Positions 45,414-55,119 of a DNA stretch of 64,000 bases are shown here, piece after piece. Location of the stretch: NCBI GenBank assembly GCA_016290135.1, contig JAEESW010000002.1, positions 122,584 through 186,583 on the forward strand, read 5' to 3'. The position numbers were made by a program, and so were the translations under genes. Below the pieces are notes generated by a model, which saw only the letters and a program-made list of their open reading frames with translations, had not been told where the DNA came from and ran no database searches. The number at the start of each line of letters is the position of its first letter. The first letter of the stretch is position 1. The stretch is from a bacterium. GTDB taxonomy: Bacteria > UBP6 > UBA1177.

Positions 45414-46274
45414 ATGAAAAAACTTATTTCTTTAACGATCGCACTTTTGACATGTATGCTTTCATTCAATCTGCTTGCAGAATGCACCGGCATCTCTTTT
45501 GATCCGGCTATGTCATTCGGTGAGGCTTACGATGACTACGGCAATGTTACCGGTTATTACCCCAGCAATCTTGAATCGTATGATCTGTCAGGATTCACCA
45601 GTGAAGATCAAGCCGGAATACTTTCCTTTGAATTCTATCCGGAAGATCTTGAAAACGGCAAATGGACTGAGGCTGCTGCAGTCGGAACCTACAATCTTGG
45701 CGCAGGAAACAACACCAACTATTCATCCTGCAACCAGTGCGTAAGAATGTATCACTTTGTTCACAACCCCAATGCAGCTTCAGAAGATGAAGAATGGAAT
45801 AATGACAAACAGTTCTTCCAGCAGGAAGGAACATTGCAGATATTGCACACTGATTTTGTGGCAAATGACCACTACTATTATCACGGGCTTCTTTCCGTCA
45901 AACTTGCCGAAGCCACCGTCGATACATCGACTTGGGTATCTTCATTTGTCGAAGGCGGCGACTGCTACGAAATAGAAAGTGGAGCATGGACAACTTATCC
46001 GGAAGGCACAGAACCGACAGACGATACGACGACCGATCCGACGACTGAGCCGACAACGGATCCGACAACCGATCCGACGACCGATCCGACGACTGAGCCG
46101 ACGACTGAGCCGACGACCGATCCGACGACTGAGCCGACGACCGAGCCGACGACTGAGCCGACTGACAACAGCGACACGGAAGTTCCCGCTGACACCGACG
46201 AGACTCCTGCTGACGACAGTTCGACCCCGGCAGACGAGGAAGATGATGGCGGCTGTGCACTTGTAACGATATAA
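45414..46274 (+). CDS. Secreted protein with YSSCxQC-containing N-terminal domain, Thr/Pro-rich TDPTTEPTT linker and ...DDGGCALVTI tail
   Basis: Signal peptide MKKLISLTIALLTCMLSFNLLA. Coding repeat (TDPTT/TEPTT)n at 46009..46165. GC + 5-residue C-terminus. Confidence 0.5.
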   Translation: MKKLISLTIALLTCMLSFNLLAECTGISFDPAMSFGEAYDDYGNVTGYYPSNLESYDLSGFTSEDQAGILSFEFYPEDLENGKWTEAAAVGTYNLGAGNNTNYSSCNQCVRMYHFVHNPNAASEDEEWNNDKQFFQQEGTLQILHTDFVANDHYYYHGLLSVKLAEATVDTSTWVSSFVEGGDCYEIESGAWTTYPEGTEPTDDTTTDPTTEPTTDPTTDPTTDPTTEPTTEPTTDPTTEPTTEPTTEPTDNSDTEVPADTDETPADDSSTPADEEDDGGCALVTI

Positions 46275-46300
46275 CACACTGATCAGCCTGTTGATTTTTC

Positions 46301-46326
46301 GGGGGTGCTTCGGCACCCCTTTTTTA
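46301..46326 (+). terminator. Rho-independent terminator (GGGGGTGC-TTCG-GCACCCC followed by T7)
   Basis: Perfect GC-rich hairpin plus U-tract 27 nt after the stop. It lies between convergent genes. Confidence 0.7.
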
Positions 46327-46337
46327 TTGGTAACAAA

Positions 46338-46742
46338 TTATTTCCCGAATTCGAAAACGCCTGAAAAAATATCGGATAAAACAAGATCCTGTTCGACCTG
46401 TTTCGTGTCGCTGTTGACTAAAATGACGCGCATTTTCGGGTTGAAATCAGCTAAGACCTGCCTGCATATCCCGCAGGGAAATACCGCTTTTCCGTTGAGG
46501 ACTGAGGCGATGACTATTGCTTCAAAATCCCTGTATCCAGCCGTAATTGCTGAGAAAAGCGCTGTTCTTTCTGCGCAGTTTGTTGCTCCGAAAGAGGAAT
46601 TTTCGACGTTGACCCCGGTGAAGATCGTTCCGTCAGTCGTTACGACCGCCGCTCCTACTGCGAAATTGGAATAAGGCGCATAGGCGTTTTTCCTCACTTC
46701 GAGCGCGGAGGAAACTGCTTTTTCAAATATTTCCTTTTTCAT
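46338..46742 (-). CDS. cdd: Cytidine deaminase
   Basis: Zinc-ligand motifs CAER and PCGICRQ. Confidence 0.8.
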   Translation of the reverse strand: MKKEIFEKAVSSALEVRKNAYAPYSNFAVGAAVVTTDGTIFTGVNVENSSFGATNCAERTALFSAITAGYRDFEAIVIASVLNGKAVFPCGICRQVLADFNPKMRVILVNSDTKQVEQDLVLSDIFSGVFEFGK

Positions 46743-47578
46743 TTGTCCTCTAAGACCAAAGAGATAAAGCGTTTCATGAAGGCTGAGAAGATCTTTTCTG
46801 CTTTTGCCGCGTTTTCGCTTACTTCTTCGTGTGAAAGCGGGTTCATAGAAAGTCCCGCCGCCTTGTTCGAGATGAAACTGATGCCCGAAACTTCGATCCC
46901 TGCGTGTTTTGCCGCGATGACCTCGGGAACAGTCGACATTCCTACCGCGTCGGCGCCGAGAGTCGCAAGCATCCTCACTTCGGCAGGAGTTTCGTAGGTC
47001 GGCCCCGTCAAAGCGATGTAAACTCCTTCTTTGAGCGAGATCCCGTGTTCCATCGCCGCTTTCTGCATGAGTATTGCCATTTTGCGGCTGTATGCGCTCG
47101 ACATGTCGGGAAAGCGCGGACCGAGATCGTCTTTGTTCTTTCCGATGAGCGGGTTCGTTCCCATCATGTTTATGTGGTCGCGGATTATCATAAAGTCGCC
47201 CGCGTCAAAGTTCCTGTTGATGCCGCCGGCTGCGTTCGTTACGACGAATTTCTTTATTCCGAGCAAAATCAGGGTCCGCAGCGGAAAAACGACCTCTTCC
47301 ATCGAATAACCCTCGTAATAGTGGATCCTCCCCTGCATGATCCAGAAGTTTTTGCCCGAAAATTCATCTTTCGCAAGGATAAGTCTCCCTTTGTGACCTG
47401 CGACTGTGGAAGCCGGAAAATCGGGGATCTCGCTATACGGAACGACTAAAAGCTGTTTTGCATTTTCGGCGAAAGCACCGAGCCCGCTGCCCAAAGTTAT
47501 TAGCAGTTCAGGCATCTCGAGATTCTTTTCCGTCACAAGATTCCTGATGTAGGAAGCTGCATTTCTCAATCTTTCCAT
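46739..47578 (-). CDS. Purine nucleoside phosphorylase, PNP/MTAP family (PunA-type)
   Basis: Start at MERLRNAASYI (GGAGGA upstream). Motifs ITLGSGLG and MSTVPEV. ATGA overlap with cdd. Confidence 0.7.
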   Translation of the reverse strand: MERLRNAASYIRNLVTEKNLEMPELLITLGSGLGAFAENAKQLLVVPYSEIPDFPASTVAGHKGRLILAKDEFSGKNFWIMQGRIHYYEGYSMEEVVFPLRTLILLGIKKFVVTNAAGGINRNFDAGDFMIIRDHINMMGTNPLIGKNKDDLGPRFPDMSSAYSRKMAILMQKAAMEHGISLKEGVYIALTGPTYETPAEVRMLATLGADAVGMSTVPEVIAAKHAGIEVSGISFISNKAAGLSMNPLSHEEVSENAAKAEKIFSAFMKRFISLVLEDK

Positions 47579-47635
47579 GGTTTCCTCCGTAAAAAAGTCG
47601 AAAAATTTTAGTGAAAGCAAAAAAAGAGTCAAAAT

Positions 47636-50600
47636 TTACTGCAAGACGAGCGTCTTGTATTTTCCGCCGAAACAGCTTGAAACGTCATTGATTTTATTTA
47701 AGCATTTTTTGCAGTTTCTGTTGTCGTATTCATCAAAATCCCCTTCTTCGTCGTAAAAGACGATCTCTGACCTGGAGGCAGCGCACTGCACGCTCTGATC
47801 CGATGCAACAGAAAATGTTCTTCCGCTGTTGTATGCTATCTTAAGTTTCGTGCCGGATGCAAAGTTGTGGGTCTCTGCGGCACATGAATGTTCCACATCA
47901 AGGCATATGTTTATGATATTGCAGTCAAAAGTGTGGCTGTGGTGCTCATTTTTAAAAAACACGAAATCGCCTTTGACCGTAAAATTATTCTGATAATTTT
48001 TGACAGCATAAACTGAATCATCCACCTTTTCGACACCGTCGCAGACCGAGGGGATCTCGGCATTCAGAGTCAGAGTGTAATCGTCTGCAGCAAGGCAGCC
48101 AGGCGCATCGTAAGAGACTCTCAGCGCATTGTTCCTGAAATCGAGCACCGCACTGTCGGCAGTTTCGTTGGAAGAAAGCAGGCAGTAGAGGAATGCGTTT
48201 GCGGAAGATCGAGTAAACTTTTTGACATAGCTGCTGCCGTCAGAAAAAGTTATTTTGATCTTCGCATGTCTGTACTGCCCGGGGGTGTCGAACTGAAGGC
48301 TTGATGAAAAGATAGTCTCCAGTGCAGATACGGGATTTTGATAACTTTTGCTTGAAACAAGTTTTTCTGTGTTGTCTTGAAGGACTCCGTTAAGGTATCT
48401 GCCGTAGAGATAAACTTCTGCCTTCGAGATTTCGGCCATTTTTCCTGATTTCGCCGTGACTCCGATCTTGAACAAGTCTCCCGAATGGAGGAACTGCCCT
48501 TTATGCGCATCGAGGGAAAGATCGAGATCGGCCATGTCAAAAAATTTGAATTCGGCCACATCCGTCCTTTTTGTAGTGGAAGAACTGCTTTCGACCGAGA
48601 CTGTGTAATAGCCGCTTCCCGAAAGCACCGAAGGGAGTATGTCGCTGTTGTTCGAACAATTCGCCGAAAAACCCGAATTCCCCTGTTTTGTTATCGTGCA
48701 TTTGTAATCGACTCCGCTTTTCGTTTCCCACCAGAGATAGGATTTGCTGTTGCTCGTAAAGAATTTTTCATTCAAATTTACTCTTAACGGTTCGACCGCA
48801 GCAAAATCCATCTGTATCGCAAGTGACCTTTCCGAACGGTTCCCGACCTCGTCGAAGGCCGTTATTGTGAAATTGTTGAGGCCGTGGACGCTCCCTTCCA
48901 GACTGCAGTAAAATTTGTTGCAGTTTCCCTGATATTCACCTGATTCCAGATTCGGCACATAGAAACAGCTTTTTATCCAGCCGGCTTCAGACGATTGTAT
49001 AAAAACACTCAAATCTTCAGAGGCGGAGAAATTGTCTTCATAACTAAGCAGGATCTGCGGATTTCTTGGCCCTACTATCAGATATCCTCCGTTGTTGCAG
49101 TTGGGTGAATCGAGGCACGGCTTTAGCATCGGCCAAGTCTCCACACATTCGGTAAAAACAGAATTTTCACCGTCGTAGGCGATGAAACTCGGCGGACGAC
49201 TGTCTATAAAGACAACTCCGAGAGGTTCGCTGAAATCACTGTTCGAGCAGTTGCCGACGGAATCACACACCGAAACAGAGCCCAGACATGCCACGACTTC
49301 ATCATCATTCACTGTCGTGAGCAGATTGAAAAAATCGAGACTCTCCTGCGCCGGAACATATCCTTCTCTCTTCTCCTGTGAGAAAGTACCGCCCAAAACA
49401 CCGCATGAGACCTTGAGTGCCCACTTGTCGATATCTTCATCAGGATCTACGAGCGAGACTGTAAAATAGTTTTTGCTGGTGACACTGTTTTTCAAAAGGA
49501 CACGGCCGTCCGATTCGACCCTGACGACAGGAACTTCCGGCGGAGTCGTATCGATCCTGAAAGAACCGTAGAGAGTAGAGCGGTTCCCCGCATGGTCGGC
49601 TGCCGAAAGGGTGATCTTGTAAAGTCCGTCAGCCGCACTGCCGGAATATCCGGCATCGGAGAGCATTTCCGCGAACTGTCCGGAAGAAAGCGCACATTCA
49701 CCGGCAGAACAGCTTTCGTATGCCTCTTCAAAGACGACGACCTCCTCCTCTTCCCACTTGGAGATCGTAAGTTTGATATTTTCGATCATACTGTCTGAAA
49801 CGTTCCATGAAACGGCGGCATCTTCGATCTTTACCGTTCCTTCAGGAGAGTCGAGATGCAGGAGAGGTTTTTTGCTGTCGAGAAAAACAGTCACCTCCTT
49901 TTCACTGACATTGTAGGCGATATCCTGCGCAGAAACAGAGAACAGAAGCTGCTTTTCTATCTGGACACCGTCATCGCCGGCATACTCCGCAAGCATGGCA
50001 AATTCACGGATTTCCCCCGAAAGACCGCCGTTTTCAATGTTCTGAGGCTCGATCCTTTTCACTCTGAAGACAAAATCGGGATCTTTACTTTTCAGCGAGA
50101 CGGAATCCAGATCGCTAAAAGTGCCCTCGCGCGGAGAAACTCTGAATTTAAGGAGAAAAGCCCCTGCAAAATGAGGGATCAGCCCTTGCTGAGGATCATA
50201 CTCCGCAAATCCGCTTTTCGTGTAAAAACCGAGATCTCCCGAAACTTCGGCTTCGTCAGCATTTTCTGTTCCGAAAAGGTCGTTGAAACCGATAATTTCC
50301 AATTTCGGGCCTGCTGAATCGACCGGCACCGGAACGCTTTCAGCAGGAAAGAGGAACTGGTCGGAATTTGATGCGATGTTTCCTACGACACTGCCCAGCT
50401 GATTAAAGACAGTTTTGTTGAAAGTACTTGAGAGGAATCTTTTTACGGAAAGGGCGTAGTAATACCTGAAAAAATTGGCGTCGATCGCTGTTTTTCCCCC
50501 GTCTTCGCCGAAAAAGAGCTGCACTTCACCGTTTTTTCCGTCAAAGACCGTGTCTCTGTAGTCTTCATGCAGAAGCCTCAGAATATTGGAGACATCGTAG

Positions 50601-52501
50601 ATCCCGTGTTCCGAGCCTATATCCGTCTCCATAAAATAGGCAAGATACTCAAGGCCTGCAAGCAGGATGAAATATTTTGTCCTGCTGTCTGCGGCATTTG
50701 TATTCCAGGGCTCTTCATTCCACTCAAAAGCGTGGCTGAGATGCTGCAAAAGATGTTCTGAAACAGTGCTCCACAACTCTTCATCCGGAACATTTCCGGA
50801 ATTTCTGCGGCTTGTGAAAATATAACTCCCGACTGTAGTAAGCGGTGTGACAACGATCGCGTCATCATTCACAGGGACGAACACTGCCGACAAAGTGCCG
50901 TTGAACCGTTTCGTTCCGCCGTTTTCCGAAACGACAGGTTCGTAGTTCCCGCCTGAAACAGTGACGGTGCACACCTGCCCCAGCTTGACTTTGATCTCGT
51001 TTCCCGCCGAAGGAAGATCATCGCTTTTCCTGCTGACCGCAGCATCACCGCAAGAGACCGAAACACTCTCGAAATCATTGAGAGGATTCGTTACGAACGC
51101 TTTTATCCCGACCGAAACAGTGTTCCTGCTGTAAAACGGGAACGATGCTTTATACTTTTTCGTATTTACCGTGGTTTCACATTCAAGAATGTTCTTTCCG
51201 TCCGGAAGTTTTTCGGTATCCACCACCGCTTTATACTGATAGTTGGAACTGCTCATGTTTTCCGTCTTATATCCTTCAAGAGAGCAGGAAAGATCTTCGA
51301 CTGCGTATCTTTTGTGCGAGGCCTCGACCTTTATATCGATGCTGTTTCTCGCCGGCGAATCCTCGCTTCCGGTAGGATCCAGCGTTCCGTGCCTGTAAAA
51401 AACGGCGCTGACGGAAGGGGCGTCGTTGTTGACTGTTATCGTTTTCACGGCACTCTCGAGAGTTATGCCGTTGCTTGCCTCACAGCGGATGACGACCTCT
51501 TTTTCCTCTTCGATATTTTCAGTAGTGAAACTCCCTTTAAAAAATGCCTTTTCTTCATCTTTGTCGGCAAGTTTTTCACCGTCTGCAAAACAGTTCAGCG
51601 TTACGATCATGTTTTCAGGTCCCGCTTTCGCTTCGACAGCGACTGCACCGCTGAAATAGTCCGGCTCGGCTCCCTTGTTTCCTTCAGGATAAACTTCTAT
51701 CTCTATCGAGACTCTGCCTTTTTCTGCATCGGCTCCTCCTAAAAAGGCGGCATCGGAATTCCTTATCTTTTCACTCCACTCTTTCAGTTCCGCAGCCGAA
51801 AACTTTCCGCTCACCTCACTCAGAAAATCGCCGAGCAGCCCTTTCATAAAAGCCGCACCGACAGATGCGCTCCCGAATTTTGCATACGTGGAACCGTTGA
51901 TGATGTTGTCGTCCTCAAGATCGCCATAGAGCAGATCCAGCAGATTTTCGGTAGAAAACTGAGTCTCAGGCTGAGTAGCATTAGCGGCCGAAACTGTCCC
52001 GGCGATCTTTGCAAAAGCCTGCTGCCACAACCAGCGTTTCGTAGCATCGGTAAGGGAACTTTGAAGTTCCGGGAAGGCGTCTCCGGCGATATCGAGATAT
52101 TCGAACCATTCGCTACAAGAAGTCTCCGACCTGTATTTCTCAATAAAGGTAGAAAGAAAATCGACAACGGCGACAATATTTTTTTCATTCACCGCCTTGA
52201 CAGTGCCTTCACTGCATCCGTTCCACGCAACATCTACATCCGACGAGACCAGGGCTACTGTCCCTCCGCAGACTTTAACCTTGAGTTCTCCGATACTGCG
52301 CACCGCTCCAAAGCTGACAGATCCGCTCTCGTCAGTCTTTCCGGACAAAACGGTCCCTTCTCCGCCTGAAACTTCCACAGACGCGTTTTTCTGCACGGAG
52401 AGCACCGTCAGATCGAACTCAAGTATGCCGCTGTCAGGCCTTTTGCCGTCGCAGGAAAAAAGAACAGCTCCAAGGATAAAAAAACAAAAAAACTTTTTCA
52501 T
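47636..52501 (-). CDS. Giant (1621 aa) lipoprotein / surface protein, last gene of the T4SS-like operon
   Basis: Lipobox GAVLFSC. No recognisable catalytic domain. ATGA overlap with the upstream OM beta-barrel gene. Confidence 0.5.
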   Translation of the reverse strand: MKKFFCFFILGAVLFSCDGKRPDSGILEFDLTVLSVQKNASVEVSGGEGTVLSGKTDESGSVSFGAVRSIGELKVKVCGGTVALVSSDVDVAWNGCSEGTVKAVNEKNIVAVVDFLSTFIEKYRSETSCSEWFEYLDIAGDAFPELQSSLTDATKRWLWQQAFAKIAGTVSAANATQPETQFSTENLLDLLYGDLEDDNIINGSTYAKFGSASVGAAFMKGLLGDFLSEVSGKFSAAELKEWSEKIRNSDAAFLGGADAEKGRVSIEIEVYPEGNKGAEPDYFSGAVAVEAKAGPENMIVTLNCFADGEKLADKDEEKAFFKGSFTTENIEEEKEVVIRCEASNGITLESAVKTITVNNDAPSVSAVFYRHGTLDPTGSEDSPARNSIDIKVEASHKRYAVEDLSCSLEGYKTENMSSSNYQYKAVVDTEKLPDGKNILECETTVNTKKYKASFPFYSRNTVSVGIKAFVTNPLNDFESVSVSCGDAAVSRKSDDLPSAGNEIKVKLGQVCTVTVSGGNYEPVVSENGGTKRFNGTLSAVFVPVNDDAIVVTPLTTVGSYIFTSRRNSGNVPDEELWSTVSEHLLQHLSHAFEWNEEPWNTNAADSRTKYFILLAGLEYLAYFMETDIGSEHGIYDVSNILRLLHEDYRDTVFDGKNGEVQLFFGEDGGKTAIDANFFRYYYALSVKRFLSSTFNKTVFNQLGSVVGNIASNSDQFLFPAESVPVPVDSAGPKLEIIGFNDLFGTENADEAEVSGDLGFYTKSGFAEYDPQQGLIPHFAGAFLLKFRVSPREGTFSDLDSVSLKSKDPDFVFRVKRIEPQNIENGGLSGEIREFAMLAEYAGDDGVQIEKQLLFSVSAQDIAYNVSEKEVTVFLDSKKPLLHLDSPEGTVKIEDAAVSWNVSDSMIENIKLTISKWEEEEVVVFEEAYESCSAGECALSSGQFAEMLSDAGYSGSAADGLYKITLSAADHAGNRSTLYGSFRIDTTPPEVPVVRVESDGRVLLKNSVTSKNYFTVSLVDPDEDIDKWALKVSCGVLGGTFSQEKREGYVPAQESLDFFNLLTTVNDDEVVACLGSVSVCDSVGNCSNSDFSEPLGVVFIDSRPPSFIAYDGENSVFTECVETWPMLKPCLDSPNCNNGGYLIVGPRNPQILLSYEDNFSASEDLSVFIQSSEAGWIKSCFYVPNLESGEYQGNCNKFYCSLEGSVHGLNNFTITAFDEVGNRSERSLAIQMDFAAVEPLRVNLNEKFFTSNSKSYLWWETKSGVDYKCTITKQGNSGFSANCSNNSDILPSVLSGSGYYTVSVESSSSTTKRTDVAEFKFFDMADLDLSLDAHKGQFLHSGDLFKIGVTAKSGKMAEISKAEVYLYGRYLNGVLQDNTEKLVSSKSYQNPVSALETIFSSSLQFDTPGQYRHAKIKITFSDGSSYVKKFTRSSANAFLYCLLSSNETADSAVLDFRNNALRVSYDAPGCLAADDYTLTLNAEIPSVCDGVEKVDDSVYAVKNYQNNFTVKGDFVFFKNEHHSHTFDCNIINICLDVEHSCAAETHNFASGTKLKIAYNSGRTFSVASDQSVQCAASRSEIVFYDEEGDFDEYDNRNCKKCLNKINDVSSCFGGKYKTLVLQ

Positions 52502-53124
52502 ACTTTCCCCCAGTTATAGTAATTCACAAAGAATGACGCACCGAAAAATCCGAACAGATCAAGCGAATTGTCATGCGGAGACCACTTGTAAAGCACCTGT
52601 GCCGAGAGTATTATCCACTCCCATACTCTGAACTGGAGATCGAACCCGGCCGCGATGACGCCGTTTACGCAAGCATAGTCATCCTTTCTGTAACTCGCGA
52701 CTTTCAGACCTCCTTCCGCAATAAATTCGATATTTGAAAATGTTTCGACTTTGAATCCTCCTCCTGCAACGATATGCGGCGAGAAAAAAGTCCCCGGAAA
52801 GAGATTGTATCTTGCAAGGACGAGCGTCTGGACCCGCCAGTAATCAAAGTATTCTTTTCCTTTTATATCCTGAAATTCCGCTTTCCTCGAAGTGTCCCCC
52901 ACCCGCGTGAATGAAGGCTGCAGACCGATGTCGAAGTTGTCGGTGAGACCAAAAAACATATTGAGACCGGCATTCCAGCTTGCATATACGACAGTGGTCT
53001 TATTGTCCGTTTTAAGCGAAAAAGGAAAAAAACCGCCGCCGCCTATATTTACCTGGAGCTCCCCTTCTTCTGCGGGAAGAGCAAAAGAAAACATAAATAA
53101 GATCAGAACTATGACTTTTTTCAT
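52498..53124 (-). CDS. Outer-membrane beta-barrel protein (OmpW/OMP_b-brl-like)
   Basis: Start at MKKVIVLILF with signal peptide. Alternating amphipathic strands; aromatic-rich C-terminus. Confidence 0.4.
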   Translation of the reverse strand: MKKVIVLILFMFSFALPAEEGELQVNIGGGGFFPFSLKTDNKTTVVYASWNAGLNMFFGLTDNFDIGLQPSFTRVGDTSRKAEFQDIKGKEYFDYWRVQTLVLARYNLFPGTFFSPHIVAGGGFKVETFSNIEFIAEGGLKVASYRKDDYACVNGVIAAGFDLQFRVWEWIILSAQVLYKWSPHDNSLDLFGFFGASFFVNYYNWGKV

Positions 53125-53125
53125 G

Positions 53126-54175
53126 CTATTCCAGATAAACAAAGAAAGATGTTCCTGCCGGAACTCTGTATTCCTGCCTCATTTTGTTAGCCTCTTCCTG
53201 CTTTGCCAGTTCCGAAGCGGCCGGATTCACGGTGTTCGCGGCGGTCGTTCCCGCAGTACTGCCCGCACTTCCGGCAAGTCTTGTGACCACGGCTCCAGCC
53301 GTTTTGGTAAATCCCTGCTTTACTTCCGATTTTATATTCTCATCGGCGATATCGGTAACTTCCGATTCTATTCCCGGATCCTTTCCCGAAACAGCAAACC
53401 CTTTGACCGAAAATTCGTCATTCCCGATGATGAGTTTTGAAAAGGCAAGCTGCGTCCTCTTGTTGACGAAACTTTTGGCCGACCCGAAGAATCTCGCCCC
53501 TTTCGGGATCCCGCCTGCTTCCTCGAGAACAGTCGCAACGACCGTTGACTGCGCAGTCGAACGTATCGAAAAATCGAGTTTGACCTTGACTTTGACATCG
53601 TGCAGAGCAAATATTTTTTCTTTTCCGTCCGCACCTTTCCTCCCTTTGACGAACACACCGCCGCCTGGATTTTCTCCGCCGGGAACGAAGTGTCTCTTTC
53701 TCCCTGTCTGACTGCCGCCTGCAGCCGCAGCATCGCTAAGTTTGGCATAGGCTTCAAGGATCTCTCTGTCTTTCTCCTCGTTTCTGTTTCTTCTCTTCAC
53801 CGCAGGATTTCTTGAGGGGACAGGCGCTCTCTTCACATCTTCTTCTTTCACTTCCGTCTCAAAATTTTTTCTGTGTTTCGCATTCATCGCCGATTTTATA
53901 TCTCCCACGACTCTGCCGCGTGCCAGCTCGCTGAAGTCATTGAATCCGGCTTCACCGCTATCGCCGGCTTCCGTTCCGCCGCCCTTTTTGAAGAGAGCCG
54001 CAGCAGATAGTGCAAGGAGAAGAAAAAGAACCGAAAGAGAGGCGAAAAATATGACTTTCCTGCGCACAGCAGAATATTTAGTTTTCCTTTCTTCACACTG
54101 AAAGGAGAGCTTGTTTTCATCCTTACCGCTTTCCGAGAGGATCTCAAGCGGCGACTTTTCCTTTTCTTCTCTCAA
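53126..54175 (-). CDS. VirB10/TrbI-like T4SS component
   Basis: Basic cytoplasmic N-terminus, single TM, Pro/Lys-rich spacer, C-terminal beta-domain ending ...YRVPAGTSFFVYLE (TrbI-like). Confidence 0.5.
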   Translation of the reverse strand: MREEKEKSPLEILSESGKDENKLSFQCEERKTKYSAVRRKVIFFASLSVLFLLLALSAAALFKKGGGTEAGDSGEAGFNDFSELARGRVVGDIKSAMNAKHRKNFETEVKEEDVKRAPVPSRNPAVKRRNRNEEKDREILEAYAKLSDAAAAGGSQTGRKRHFVPGGENPGGGVFVKGRKGADGKEKIFALHDVKVKVKLDFSIRSTAQSTVVATVLEEAGGIPKGARFFGSAKSFVNKRTQLAFSKLIIGNDEFSVKGFAVSGKDPGIESEVTDIADENIKSEVKQGFTKTAGAVVTRLAGSAGSTAGTTAANTVNPAASELAKQEEANKMRQEYRVPAGTSFFVYLE

Positions 54176-55119
54176 AACGACACCTTAAGTTCAAGTTTGC
54201 GCTTTTTTCCGGCGCTTTCGTTCACTTCGATTATGTATTCCCTGGAATAGTCTTCGTCGCTTATTTTAAAGGCTATACCGCCGCTTACTATCTCATCGAA
54301 CTGCATCGAGAATTTGTCGATGTGATACTGCGCATTATCGATCTCTACTTTTCCCCCTTTTGTCGAATAGATCTTCACCGATTCGATGTGGAAACGCTGT
54401 CTGTAACGGTTTTTCACCGAAAAATTGACCGTGACGAGAGCATCTTTACCGATTTTGCAGATGCGGTCGCTGCGCAGAAAAACGAGTTCTTCCTCGGTGC
54501 GTGCCGAATAACTGCTGCACTGGAAAAATTCGCTGAAAGATTTCGCCATCATCCCTATCATGCTTTTATCTATCTCTTTTTTTATCTCCTTCATCCTCTT
54601 CTCATACTTCCCTTCGAGCTCTTTCCTCAACATTTCCAGATGTTTATTGACCGCCTTATTCGAAGTTTCCCATTCGGGATACGAAAAAATTATCCTGTTG
54701 CTCGCCTCTTCGGAAGGACGTATGACGAAATTGAAAATGAAGGCCTGTCCCGAATTTATCTTGAACTGAACATTGGAACTGAGCCCGTACATCAGAGCCT
54801 CTTCAGGCGCCTCGTTGAACATGAGTCCCCACACTTTCATCTTCAGAGGCTCAGTTTCGACCTCGATCTTGAGAAGTCCGGCGTCTCCGACTGTCGGAGT
54901 TTCCGTGAGTGAAATGTTTTCCGGGAATTCAAAGACGAACACCTCTCCTAAAGCGATGTTCACTGTCCTGTAGATCACAGTGTCGCTGTTAGTGATCGTG
55001 ATGACGGCGACTTTTTCGGTGATCGGGATGAATTTTGCTTTTTCTTCTTCCCTGTCAAGATCTCTGCCGAACACGCCAAACACATCAAATAAAGCTAATA
55101 AGATCAGAAGTTTTTTCAT
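54172..55119 (-). CDS. VirB9/TrbG-like periplasmic/OM T4SS component (tentative)
   Basis: Signal peptide, roughly 300 aa beta-rich protein, positioned between the VirB8-like and VirB10-like genes with ATGA overlaps. Confidence 0.35.
   Translation of the reverse strand: MKKLLILLALFDVFGVFGRDLDREEEKAKFIPITEKVAVITITNSDTVIYRTVNIALGEVFVFEFPENISLTETPTVGDAGLLKIEVETEPLKMKVWGLMFNEAPEEALMYGLSSNVQFKINSGQAFIFNFVIRPSEEASNRIIFSYPEWETSNKAVNKHLEMLRKELEGKYEKRMKEIKKEIDKSMIGMMAKSFSEFFQCSSYSARTEEELVFLRSDRICKIGKDALVTVNFSVKNRYRQRFHIESVKIYSTKGGKVEIDNAQYHIDKFSMQFDEIVSGGIAFKISDEDYSREYIIEVNESAGKKRKLELKVSF

Noticed and set aside
45898-46316. ORFs in other frames across the TDPTTEPTT repeat
   Set aside because: They are frame artefacts of the GACCGATCCGACGAC repeat. 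The true frame gives a signal-peptide protein.
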